From sequence record MN510331.1: a stretch of DNA of 39,704 nt. One strand, written 5' to 3'. The DNA comes from Escherichia phage vB_EcoP_PR_Kaz2018. Below the pieces are notes generated by a model. The model worked only from the letters and a program-made list of their open reading frames with translations, did not search any database and was not told the origin of the DNA. Within the stretch, counting starts at the first letter, position 1. Every line of letters starts with the position of its first letter. Below, in pieces: positions 17,777-26,426 of this stretch. The translations under genes were made by a program, and so were the position numbers.

Positions 17777-18181
17777 ATGCTACCATATCTCAACTCACGC
17801 GAAGGTCGCCACATGTGCGCTTGTCGCCTCTGGGAAGACGGGCAGTCTAACTTCAAGTCATTCGAGGACTTCAAGGCTCATACTTACCGTATTGCTGACG
17901 AGTTCGATGGTGAAGAGTACACAATCTACGATGTCTCAGGTCAACCAGTAGCGTATCTCTACATGCTGGCTACCGCATCATGGCACCGACAGACTCCCGG
18001 TCTTGACCTTTCAATCGTCGCTATTCGTCGTGACTCGCAGTCCTCCCGCAAGGTTCTTGAGACTGTCAGGCATATCATAAACGAAGAGTGCAAGCGTTGG
18101 GGTCTTGGCTGGTATTCCCGTGTCAAGCATGTTTCCGGGTCGGTAGACATCGTAACAACTAAGGAGATTAACCATGGGTAA
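17777..18181 (+). CDS. Hypothetical protein (134 aa); gene 7 position
   Basis: ORF track; assignment by position only. Confidence 0.75.
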   Translation: MLPYLNSREGRHMCACRLWEDGQSNFKSFEDFKAHTYRIADEFDGEEYTIYDVSGQPVAYLYMLATASWHRQTPGLDLSIVAIRRDSQSSRKVLETVRHIINEECKRWGLGWYSRVKHVSGSVDIVTTKEINHG

Positions 18182-18422
18182 ATCAATCAGTAAGGCTTTC
18201 AAGAAAGTGGTGAACAGCGCGTTAGGGACCGTTGGTCTTGGCTCTGACGATGCGCCTAAGGTTGTTGAGGCTCCGACCCCAGCAGCACCAGTGGAAGTAC
18301 CAAACGACAAAGTGGAAGATGTGGATACCGAAGCGACTGCATCTGACGAGAAGAAAGTGAAGCGTTCCGGTAAGCGTAGCCTTCAGGTCTCTCGTACCTC
18401 TGGTGGCGGTATTTCTATTTGA
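18174..18422 (+). CDS. 7.3: gp7.3-like tail/virion protein
   Basis: ORF track; small Ala/Pro/Val-rich protein just upstream of portal, as for T7 gp7.3; RBS AAGGAG. Confidence 0.75.
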   Translation: MGKSISKAFKKVVNSALGTVGLGSDDAPKVVEAPTPAAPVEVPNDKVEDVDTEATASDEKKVKRSGKRSLQVSRTSGGGISI

Positions 18423-18433
18423 CCGGGTGACTA

Positions 18434-20002
18434 ATGGCTAAACGCGAAGGATTTGCCGCTGAAGGCGCGAAGTCAGTTTATGATAGACTGAAGAACGGTA
18501 GACAGCCATATGAGACACGCGCTCAGAACTGTGCTGCTGTCACTATCCCATCACTGTTTCCTAAGGAGTCAGACAACTCGTCTACAGAGTACACAACTCC
18601 GTGGCAAGCTGTAGGTGCTCGCTGCTTGAACAACTTAGCTGCAAAGCTGATGTTGGCATTATTCCCTCAGTCACCGTGGATGCGACTGACAGTCTCCGAA
18701 TATGAGGCAAAGACCTTGAGTCAGGACTCAGAGGCGGCTGCTCGTGTTGATGAAGGGCTGGCTATGGTCGAGCGTGTGTTGATGGCTTACATGGAGACTA
18801 ACAGTTTCCGTGTCCCATTATTCGAGGCGCTGAAGCAGCTTATCGTCTCAGGTAACTGCCTGCTCTACATCCCTCCTCCAGAACAAGGAACCTACAGTCC
18901 TATGCGAATGTACCGCTTAGTGTCCTACGTTGTTCAACGTGATGCTTTCGGTAACATCTTACAGATTGTGACTCTCGACAAGGTAGCGTTTAGTGCTCTA
19001 CCGGAAGACGTGAAGTCTCAACTCAACGCAGACGACTATGAGCCTGACACCGAGCTTGAAGTGTATACGCACATCTACCGTCAGGACGACGAGTATCTGC
19101 GCTACGAGGAAGTGGAAGGCATTGAGGTGACAGGGACCGATGGTTCCTACCCGCTGACTGCATGTCCATACATCCCGGTACGAATGGTTCGACTGGATGG
19201 TGAAGACTACGGTCGTTCTTACTGCGAGGAGTATCTGGGAGACCTGAACTCGCTGGAGACGATTACAGAAGCTATCACTAAAATGGCTAAGGTAGCCTCC
19301 AAGGTGATTGGCCTCGTTAACCCGAACGGTATCACGCAACCTCGACGTCTGAACAAGGCGGCTACAGGTGAGTTCGTGGCTGGTCGCGTTGAGGACATCA
19401 ACTTCCTGCAACTGACGAAAGGTCAGGACTTTACGATTGCCAAGTCGGTGGCTGATGCTATCGAGCAACGTTTAGGCTGGGCCTTCCTTCTTAATAGTGC
19501 TGTTCAGCGTAATGCCGAGCGAGTCACTGCTGAAGAGATTCGTTATGTTGCTGGCGAACTGGAGGCGACCTTAGGTGGCGTGTACTCAGTACAGTCACAA
19601 GAGCTTCAGTTACCTATCGTCCGTGTTCTGATGAACCAGCTTCAGTCTGCTGGAATGATTCCTGACCTTCCGAAAGAAGCGGTAGAGCCTACGGTCTCCA
19701 CTGGTCTGGAAGCGTTAGGTCGTGGTCAAGACTTAGAGAAGCTGACTCAGGCGGTGAACATGATGACTGGACTTCAGCCTCTGGCTCAGGACCCGGACAT
19801 CAACTTGCCGACCCTTAAGCTGCGACTCCTGAACGCTCTGGGTATAGACACCGCTGGACTACTCCTGACGCAAGACGAGAAGATTCAGCGCATGGCTGAA
19901 CAGTCGTCTCAACAGGCAGTAGTCCAAGGTGCTGGTGCTGCTGGTGCCAACATGGGCGCTGCTGTAGGTCAGGGAGCTGGTGAGGACATGGCTCAAGCCT
20001 AA
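18434..20002 (+). CDS. 8: Portal (head-tail connector) protein
   Basis: YETRAQNCA, TPWQAVGAR.LNNLA.KLMLALFP, YRLVSYVVQRDAFGN, RMVRLDGEDYGRSY, VTAEEIRYVA match T7 gp8. Confidence 0.97.
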   Translation: MAKREGFAAEGAKSVYDRLKNGRQPYETRAQNCAAVTIPSLFPKESDNSSTEYTTPWQAVGARCLNNLAAKLMLALFPQSPWMRLTVSEYEAKTLSQDSEAAARVDEGLAMVERVLMAYMETNSFRVPLFEALKQLIVSGNCLLYIPPPEQGTYSPMRMYRLVSYVVQRDAFGNILQIVTLDKVAFSALPEDVKSQLNADDYEPDTELEVYTHIYRQDDEYLRYEEVEGIEVTGTDGSYPLTACPYIPVRMVRLDGEDYGRSYCEEYLGDLNSLETITEAITKMAKVASKVIGLVNPNGITQPRRLNKAATGEFVAGRVEDINFLQLTKGQDFTIAKSVADAIEQRLGWAFLLNSAVQRNAERVTAEEIRYVAGELEATLGGVYSVQSQELQLPIVRVLMNQLQSAGMIPDLPKEAVEPTVSTGLEALGRGQDLEKLTQAVNMMTGLQPLAQDPDINLPTLKLRLLNALGIDTAGLLLTQDEKIQRMAEQSSQQAVVQGAGAAGANMGAAVGQGAGEDMAQA

Positions 20003-20020
20003 ACTATCACTATAGGAACA
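19998..20020 (+). promoter_or_regulatory. Phage-RNAP promoter
   Basis: CCTAAACTATCACTATA-GGAACA, +1 G at 20015; the portal stop TAA is inside the promoter. Confidence 0.8.
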
Positions 20021-20110
20021 ACACAACGTAAGTGAGCCAACTCTAGGTGAGTCGTAACTAGACGGCAGGCAGTTGTGTTACCTATTAACTACTCAAAGGA
20101 GAATGACTTA

Positions 20111-20995
20111 ATGTCCCAATCAGTTTATGCCGAGTTCGGCGTTAGCCCTAATGCAATCACTGGCTCCGTTGAGGACCTTAACGAACACCAACAGTCTATG
20201 CTGGAGAAGGACGTAGCTGTCCGTGATGGCGATGATGCCATTACCTTCAAGCAACTGGAAGCCGAGCAGGAAGAGGCGACCGAAGAAGACGAGAACGTCG
20301 AAGAGACTGAGGGTGCTGAAGACCACGAGTCCGATGACGAAGAGTCTGAGACCGACGGTGAGCAGCCTGAGTTCATTGAACTGGGTGATGCACCGAAAGA
20401 GCTGACCGAAAGTGTCACCGCTCTGGATGAAAACGAAGCTGCATTCGACGACATGGTGTCTTCTGCTGTGGAAGCTGGCAAGGTCACTGCTGATGAAATT
20501 ACCGCTATCAAGGCTGAATACGCCAAGGACGGTAAGCTGTCTGACGCATCCTACGCTAAGTTGCAGGAAGCAGGTTACACCAAGCGTTTCGTAGATTCGT
20601 TTGTCCGTGGTCAGGAAGCTCTGGCTGAACAGTATGCTGCTGGAGTGGTTCGCTACGCTGGTGGAGCTGAACAGTTTAACCGCATTCTGTCTCACCTTGA
20701 GTCCAACGACCCGTCAACTCGTGAAGCATTGGAAGCTGCCATCGTTCGTAAGGACATTGCGACTACCAAAGCTCTGCTGAATCTGGCTGGCAAGACTCTG
20801 GGTAAAGCTGTGGGTGTTAAACCTCAGCGCACCATCACCACTCAGGCTAAACCTGTTGTAGCACCTAAGGCTCCTCAGACCGAAGCATTCAGCTCCAAGG
20901 CTGACATGATTAAGGCTATGAGTGACCCGCGATACCTTCGTGACGCTAAGTACACGATGGAAGTACGCGCTAAGGTAGCTGCCTCAAGCCTGTAG
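20111..20995 (+). CDS. 9: Capsid assembly (scaffolding) protein
   Basis: Acidic; VYAEFGV, ESYAKL.EAGYTK.FVDSFVRGQEAL.EQY, IKAMSDPRY match T7 gp9; start at ATG 20111 (AAGGAG 9 nt upstream) rather than track GTG 20075. Confidence 0.9.
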   Translation: MSQSVYAEFGVSPNAITGSVEDLNEHQQSMLEKDVAVRDGDDAITFKQLEAEQEEATEEDENVEETEGAEDHESDDEESETDGEQPEFIELGDAPKELTESVTALDENEAAFDDMVSSAVEAGKVTADEITAIKAEYAKDGKLSDASYAKLQEAGYTKRFVDSFVRGQEALAEQYAAGVVRYAGGAEQFNRILSHLESNDPSTREALEAAIVRKDIATTKALLNLAGKTLGKAVGVKPQRTITTQAKPVVAPKAPQTEAFSSKADMIKAMSDPRYLRDAKYTMEVRAKVAASSL

Positions 20996-20996
20996 G

Positions 20997-21019
20997 ACTA
21001 AACTATCACTATAGGGAGA
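20997..21019 (+). promoter_or_regulatory. Phage-RNAP promoter for the capsid gene (closest to the full GGGAGA consensus)
   Basis: ACTAAACTATCACTATA-GGGAGA, +1 G at 21014. Confidence 0.9.
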
Positions 21020-21135
21020 CCAAGAGATGCTCTGAAATGAACAGACTCAAGGTTTCCCTATTACTTCAGTCCATACGGATTGGGCGTACAGTAAGTAATA
21101 AACTTTATCTTTCAATTGAATAGGAGAATTATCAT

Positions 21136-22179
21136 ATGGCAAACGTTCCGGGTCAGAAAGTTGGTACAGACCAAGGTAAAGGCAAATCTGGTTCCGACGC
21201 TCTGGCGTTGTTCCTGAAGGTCTTTGCTGGTGAAGTCCTGACTGCATTCACTCGCCGCTCTGTAACCGCTGACAAGCATATTGTCCGTACCATTCAGAAC
21301 GGTAAGTCTGCTCAGTTCCCGGTCATGGGTCGCACCTCTGGTGTGTATCTGGCTCCGGGTGAGCGACTGTCCGATAAGCGTAAAGGTATCAAACATACCG
21401 AGAAAGTGATTACCATTGATGGTCTGCTGACTGCCGATGTGATGATTTTCGACATTGAAGACGCGATGAACCACTATGACGTGGCTGGCGAGTACTCCAA
21501 CCAGTTGGGCGAAGCTCTGGCTATCGCTGCCGATGGTGCGGTACTGGCTGAGATGGCTATTCTGTGTAACCTACCGGCTGCATCTGATGAAAACATCGCT
21601 GGTCTTGGCAAAGCGTCTGTGCTGGAAGTTGGTACTAAAGCCGACCTGAACACTCCGGCTAAGCTGGGTGAAGCAATCATCGGTCAACTGACCATTGCTC
21701 GTGCGAAGCTGACATCCAACTACGTTCCTGCTGGCGACCGTTACTTCTACACCACGCCTGACAACTACTCTGCAATCCTCGCGGCTCTGATGCCGAACGC
21801 TGCTAACTATGCTGCGCTGATTGACCCAGAGACTGGTAACATCCGTAACGTAATGGGCTTCGTGGTTGTTGAAGTTCCACACTTGACTCAGGGTGGTGCT
21901 GGGGAAACTCGTGGTGACGATGGTATCACTATTGCGACTGGTCAGAAGCATGCCTTCCCAGCTACTGCTACTGGTGATGTTAAAGTTGCTCTGGACAACG
22001 TTGTGGGCCTGTTCTCTCACCGTTCTGCTGTAGGTACTGTTAAGCTGCGTGACTTGGCGCTGGAACGTGACCGTGACGTCGATGCTCAGGGCGACCTGAT
22101 TGTTGGTAAGTACGCTATGGGTCACGGAGGTCTGCGTCCAGAAGCGGCAGGAGCACTGGTTTTCACAGCCGCGGCGTAA
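21136..22179 (+). CDS. 10A: Major capsid protein
   Basis: LALFLKVF.GEVLTAF, KHTEKVITIDGLLTADV, DIEDAMNHYDV, YAMGHGGLRPEAAG match T7 gp10A. Confidence 0.97.
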   Translation: MANVPGQKVGTDQGKGKSGSDALALFLKVFAGEVLTAFTRRSVTADKHIVRTIQNGKSAQFPVMGRTSGVYLAPGERLSDKRKGIKHTEKVITIDGLLTADVMIFDIEDAMNHYDVAGEYSNQLGEALAIAADGAVLAEMAILCNLPAASDENIAGLGKASVLEVGTKADLNTPAKLGEAIIGQLTIARAKLTSNYVPAGDRYFYTTPDNYSAILAALMPNAANYAALIDPETGNIRNVMGFVVVEVPHLTQGGAGETRGDDGITIATGQKHAFPATATGDVKVALDNVVGLFSHRSAVGTVKLRDLALERDRDVDAQGDLIVGKYAMGHGGLRPEAAGALVFTAAA

Positions 22180-22310
22180 GCACTTTTAGCCAACCTAACG
22201 TCGCTACAGTAGCGGCTGCACCTGAAGAGGAGACTCTAACTCCTCAACAGAAAGCTGCGCGTACTCGTGCTGCGAACAGGGCCGATAAACTGGCTGAGTC
22301 CAACAACTAA
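22158..22310 (+). other. 10B: Slippery site G GUU UUC and -1-frame extension: predicted minor capsid protein 10B
   Basis: GGTTTTC at 22158..22164, five codons before the 10A stop; the -1 frame is open for ~50 codons to TAA 22308..22310. Confidence 0.55.
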
Positions 22311-22314
22311 TTGA

Positions 22315-22352
22315 AACCCCTTGGGTGCCTTCGGGTGCTTGAGGGGTTTTTG
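22315..22352 (+). terminator. Intrinsic terminator after the capsid gene (T-phi equivalent)
   Basis: AACCCCTTGGGTGCCTTCGGGTGCTTGAGGGGTTTTTG: long GC-rich hairpin plus U-run, nearly identical in form to T7 T-phi. Confidence 0.85.
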
Positions 22353-22372
22353 CTTAAAGTGAGAGTAAACCT

Positions 22373-22939
22373 ATGCCTCAATACATTCCACTGAATGCTA
22401 ACGATGACTTAGACGCCATCAACGATATGTTAGCTGCTATCGGTGAACCAGCAGTCCTACAGCTTGACGAAGGTAACGCTGACGTCTCGAACGCTCAACG
22501 CATCCTGCATCGTGTCAATCGTCAGGTCCAAGCTAAAGGCTGGAACTTTAACATCAACGAAGCTGCTGTCCTGACGCCTGATGTCCAAGACAACAGGATT
22601 CGATTCCTGCAGTCTTACCTTCGGGTCATGACTGCTGGTGCTACCAGTTACTACAGCAACATGGGGGGCTATCTCTATGACCTGTCCACTCAGTCCACCA
22701 CTTTCACCGACCCTATCACGGTAGAGCTTGTGGAGATGAAGCCATTCTCCGAGATGCCTGTGGTCTTCAGGGACTACATCGTCACTAAAGCTAGCCGTGA
22801 GTTCAACGCTAAGTTCTTCGGTAGCCCAGAGTCTGAACTGTACCTTCGTGAGCAGGAAGCAGAACTCTATCAGCAGGTCATGGAATACGAGATGGATACT
22901 GGTCGCTACAACATGATGTCCGACATTGGGAGGGACTAA
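22373..22939 (+). CDS. 11: Tail tubular protein A
   Basis: N- and C-terminal segments (RILHRVNRQVQAKGWNFNI, FRDYIVTKASREFN, YEMD.G.YNM) match T7 gp11. Confidence 0.95.
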   Translation: MPQYIPLNANDDLDAINDMLAAIGEPAVLQLDEGNADVSNAQRILHRVNRQVQAKGWNFNINEAAVLTPDVQDNRIRFLQSYLRVMTAGATSYYSNMGGYLYDLSTQSTTFTDPITVELVEMKPFSEMPVVFRDYIVTKASREFNAKFFGSPESELYLREQEAELYQQVMEYEMDTGRYNMMSDIGRD

Positions 22940-25296
22940 TGCCGCTTATTACTCAATCAATCAAGAACCTTAAAGGTGGTATTAGCCAACAGCCTGATAT
23001 ACTTAGGTTCTCAGACCAAGGCGAGGCACAGGTTAACTGCTGGTCATCCGAGAGTGATGGACTCCAGAAGCGTCCACCTACAGTCTTCAAGCGACGTCTT
23101 AACATCGACGTTGGAAGCAACCCTAAGTTCCACCTGATTAACCGTGATGAGCAGGAGCAGTATTACATCGTGTTCAATGGGTCAAACATTCAGGTAGTTG
23201 ACTTGAGTGGTAATCAATACTCAGTGTCAGGTTCGGTAGACTACGTTAAGTCCTCCAACCCACGAGATGACATCCGTGTCGTTACCGTGGCAGACTATAC
23301 GTTCGTCGTTAACCGTAAGGTTGTCGTCAAAGGTGGAAGCGAGAAGTCACACTCTGGTTATAACCGCAAAGCACGAGCTTTAATTAACCTGCGTGGTGGA
23401 CAGTATGGTCGAACCCTTAAGGTGGGAATCAACGGTGGCGTTAAGGTCTCGCATAAGCTACCAGCAGGTAATGATGCTGAGAATGACCCGCCTAAGGTGG
23501 ACGCTCAAGCCATTGGTGCAGCTCTGAGAGACCTTCTTGTTACTGCCTACCCTACCTTCACGTTTGACCTTGGGTCTGGATTCCTGCTAATCACAGCTCC
23601 TTCAGGGACCGATATTAACTCAGTGGAGACGGAGGATGGCTACGCTAACCAGCTAATAAGCCCAGTCCTAGACACTGTGCAGACAATCTCTAAACTACCT
23701 CTTGCCGCTCCTAATGGGTATATCATTAAGATTCAAGGTGAGACCAACAGTAGCGCCGATGAATACTACGTGATGTATGACTCCAACACTAAGACGTGGA
23801 AGGAGACAGTGGAGCCGGGAGTTATCACTGGGTTCGATAACACCACAATGCCACACGCTCTGGTACGACAATCTGACGGCTCCTTTGAGTTCAAGGCTCT
23901 GGACTGGTCTAAGCGTGGTGCTGGTAATGATGACACAAACCCTATGCCTAGCTTCGTGGATGCTACGATTAACGATGTGTTCTTCTATAGGAACAGGCTA
24001 GGGTTCTTGTCAGGCGAGAACGTAATCATGAGCCGTTCAGCAAGCTACTTTGCGTTCTTCCCTAAGAGTGTGGCGACACTGAGCGATGATGACCCTATTG
24101 ATGTAGCTGTAAGTCACCCTAGAATCTCAATCCTTAAGTATGCCGTTCCGTTTAGCGAGCAGCTACTACTTTGGTCAGATGAGGTGCAGTTCGTGATGAC
24201 AAGCTCAGGGGTCCTTACCTCGAAGTCTATCCAGCTTGATGTAGGCTCAGAGTTTGCCTTAGGAGATAATGCCAGACCGTTCGCTGTAGGACGCTCAGTC
24301 TTCTTCTCAGCGCCTCGTGGGTCATTCACCAGCATTAAGCGATACTTCGCTGTAGCAGATGTGTCTGACGTGAAGGATGCCGATGATACCACTGGTCACG
24401 TACTATCCTATATCCCTAACGGGGTGTTTGACATTCAGGGAACAGGGACTGAGAACTACATCTGCGTCAACTCTACAGGTGCATACAACCGAATCTACCT
24501 CTACAAGTTCTTGTTTAAGGACGGCGTACAGCTTCAATCCTCTTGGTCTCACTGGGAGTTCCCTAAAGCTGATAAGATTCTGGCGTCTGCATCGATTGGC
24601 TCTACCATGTTCATTGTTCGTCAGCACCAAGGAGGCGTGGACCTTGAGCACCTTAAGTTCATCAAGGAGGCAACTGACTTTCCGTCAGAGCCGTATAGAC
24701 TCCACGTTGACTCCAAGGTGTCTATGGTCATCCCAATTGGCTCGTTTAATGCTGACACATATAAGACTACGGTTGACATTGGTGCTGCTTATGGTGGTAA
24801 TGCTCCGTCTCCCGGTCGGTACTATCTGATTGACAGTCAGGGTGCTTATTTGGACCTTGGGGACTTGACCAGTATCTCTACTGTGATTACCCTCAACGGC
24901 GATTGGTCAGGACGTACAGTGTTCATCGGACGGTCCTATCTGATGTCCTACAAGTTCTCACGGTTCCTGATTAAGATTGAAGATGATAGTGGCACTCAGT
25001 CTGAAGACACTGGTCGTCTACAGCTTCGTCGGGCTTGGGTCAACTACAAGGACACTGGCGCTCTGAGACTCATTGTCAGAAACGGTGAGCGAGAGTTCGT
25101 TAACACCTTTAATGGGTACACCCTTGGTCAGCAAACCATAGGGACTACTAACATTGGTGACGGGCAGTATCGATTCGCTATGAATGGTAACGCATTAACC
25201 ACGAGTCTAACCTTAGAGTCCGACTATCCTACCCCAGTGTCAATCGTTGGATGCGGCTGGGAGGCATCATACGCTAAGAAAGCTCGTTCAATCTAA
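22939..25296 (+). CDS. 12: Tail tubular protein B
   Basis: Colinear with T7 gp12 (SIKNLKGGISQQPDILR, DPIDVAVS, ILKYAVPFSE, RLQLRRAWVNY, IGCGWE). Confidence 0.97.
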   Translation: MPLITQSIKNLKGGISQQPDILRFSDQGEAQVNCWSSESDGLQKRPPTVFKRRLNIDVGSNPKFHLINRDEQEQYYIVFNGSNIQVVDLSGNQYSVSGSVDYVKSSNPRDDIRVVTVADYTFVVNRKVVVKGGSEKSHSGYNRKARALINLRGGQYGRTLKVGINGGVKVSHKLPAGNDAENDPPKVDAQAIGAALRDLLVTAYPTFTFDLGSGFLLITAPSGTDINSVETEDGYANQLISPVLDTVQTISKLPLAAPNGYIIKIQGETNSSADEYYVMYDSNTKTWKETVEPGVITGFDNTTMPHALVRQSDGSFEFKALDWSKRGAGNDDTNPMPSFVDATINDVFFYRNRLGFLSGENVIMSRSASYFAFFPKSVATLSDDDPIDVAVSHPRISILKYAVPFSEQLLLWSDEVQFVMTSSGVLTSKSIQLDVGSEFALGDNARPFAVGRSVFFSAPRGSFTSIKRYFAVADVSDVKDADDTTGHVLSYIPNGVFDIQGTGTENYICVNSTGAYNRIYLYKFLFKDGVQLQSSWSHWEFPKADKILASASIGSTMFIVRQHQGGVDLEHLKFIKEATDFPSEPYRLHVDSKVSMVIPIGSFNADTYKTTVDIGAAYGGNAPSPGRYYLIDSQGAYLDLGDLTSISTVITLNGDWSGRTVFIGRSYLMSYKFSRFLIKIEDDSGTQSEDTGRLQLRRAWVNYKDTGALRLIVRNGEREFVNTFNGYTLGQQTIGTTNIGDGQYRFAMNGNALTTSLTLESDYPTPVSIVGCGWEASYAKKARSI

Positions 25297-25303
25297 CTTA
25301 TTG

Positions 25304-25353
25304 AAGGGCCTATAGATTTACCTTAACTATCACTATAGGGACTATAGGCCCTT
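25304..25353 (+). promoter_or_regulatory. Perfect 12-bp inverted repeat enclosing a phage promoter; putative RNase III site (T7 R13 position)
   Basis: AAGGGCCTATAG (25304..25315) and CTATAGGCCCTT (25342..25353) are exact reverse complements. Confidence 0.6.
25322..25344 (+). promoter_or_regulatory. Phage-RNAP promoter
   Basis: CCTTAACTATCACTATA-GGGACT, +1 G at 25339. Confidence 0.8.
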
Positions 25354-25372
25354 AAGGTTATAAGGAGACTTT

Positions 25373-25843
25373 ATGTATATTCGCAAGGCTACGGAACCGG
25401 ATGTCCACTACTTTCTGTGGCATCTTTCAGCAGATGATGTTAATGAGTGCAAAGCAAACTACGGGTCAACCGTTGGTCTCTCTGAAAGACTGCTTAAGCA
25501 CCTATCTCCGTCATCTGTGGTTTTAACGAACGGTGTAGGAGAAGTGTTTGCCTATGGTGGAAACCAAGGGGATAACGTATGGTTCTTGACTTCCGGTCTG
25601 GTCTATAAGCTGAGACCTAAAGAGAAGCGAGAGTTCATAAAGCGTATCTCTGAGTACAGGGACTTAATGTTAGACCAATACGGGACCATCTGGAACTACG
25701 TGTGGTCAGGCAATAAGTCTCACATTAAATTCTTGAAGTTGCTTGGGGCTAAGTTCCATGATGATTGGACTATCAGCCCGGTAACTGGTGAGCGTTTTCA
25801 ACTATTCACTATCTCTAAGGAGGACGTATGTGCGAGCCAATAA
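25373..25843 (+). CDS. Hypothetical virion/assembly protein (156 aa); gene 13 position
   Basis: ORF track; RBS TAAGGAGAC; assignment by synteny. Confidence 0.75.
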   Translation: MYIRKATEPDVHYFLWHLSADDVNECKANYGSTVGLSERLLKHLSPSSVVLTNGVGEVFAYGGNQGDNVWFLTSGLVYKLRPKEKREFIKRISEYRDLMLDQYGTIWNYVWSGNKSHIKFLKLLGAKFHDDWTISPVTGERFQLFTISKEDVCASQ

Positions 25844-26415
25844 GCATAGGCATGGGTGTACTGTCTGTAGCCGGGGCCACTATGTCCGCATCCCAGCAGG
25901 CCAAGGCCGAAGGTGCAGCAATTGACGCTCAGAACCGACAGGCTCAGGAAATGGTTAAGCAGATGAACTACTCTGACGCCAACCTGAAGATGCAGGAGCG
26001 AGACCTGAAGGAGCAGCAGATGGCTGAACTGACAGAGACCACGCTCAACGGTATCCGCAATCAGGGTATGGTCCGAGCTGCGGTGGCTGAGTCCGGTCTG
26101 GAAGGTAACTCTATGGACAGGATTGAACGTCAGGTCGCAGGAGATACAGTCAAGGAGCGAGCAGGGATTACCGAAAGTTACAACCGCGACTATGCGGCTA
26201 TCTTCGGGAACCGTATCGCCAACATTGAGAACACCAAGTCTGCTATCCGTGGTCAAGGTAAAATCATCAAGACCAGCCCACTGGCTCATGCACTTAATGT
26301 TGCTAACGCCGGGATGCAAGGTTACGCCGCTGGTAAGTCAATCTCTGGAGCGTCCAGCTCTGGTGGTGCTGCACCAATTAGTGCTGCTAAAGGCACACCT
26401 ACAGGTCATAGCTAA
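25828..26415 (+). CDS. 14: Internal virion protein A
   Basis: MCEP...; GNSMDRIER and the Ala/Gly-rich C-terminus match T7 gp14. Confidence 0.9.
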   Translation: MCEPISIGMGVLSVAGATMSASQQAKAEGAAIDAQNRQAQEMVKQMNYSDANLKMQERDLKEQQMAELTETTLNGIRNQGMVRAAVAESGLEGNSMDRIERQVAGDTVKERAGITESYNRDYAAIFGNRIANIENTKSAIRGQGKIIKTSPLAHALNVANAGMQGYAAGKSISGASSSGGAAPISAAKGTPTGHS

Positions 26416-26426
26416 GAGGAGGACTA

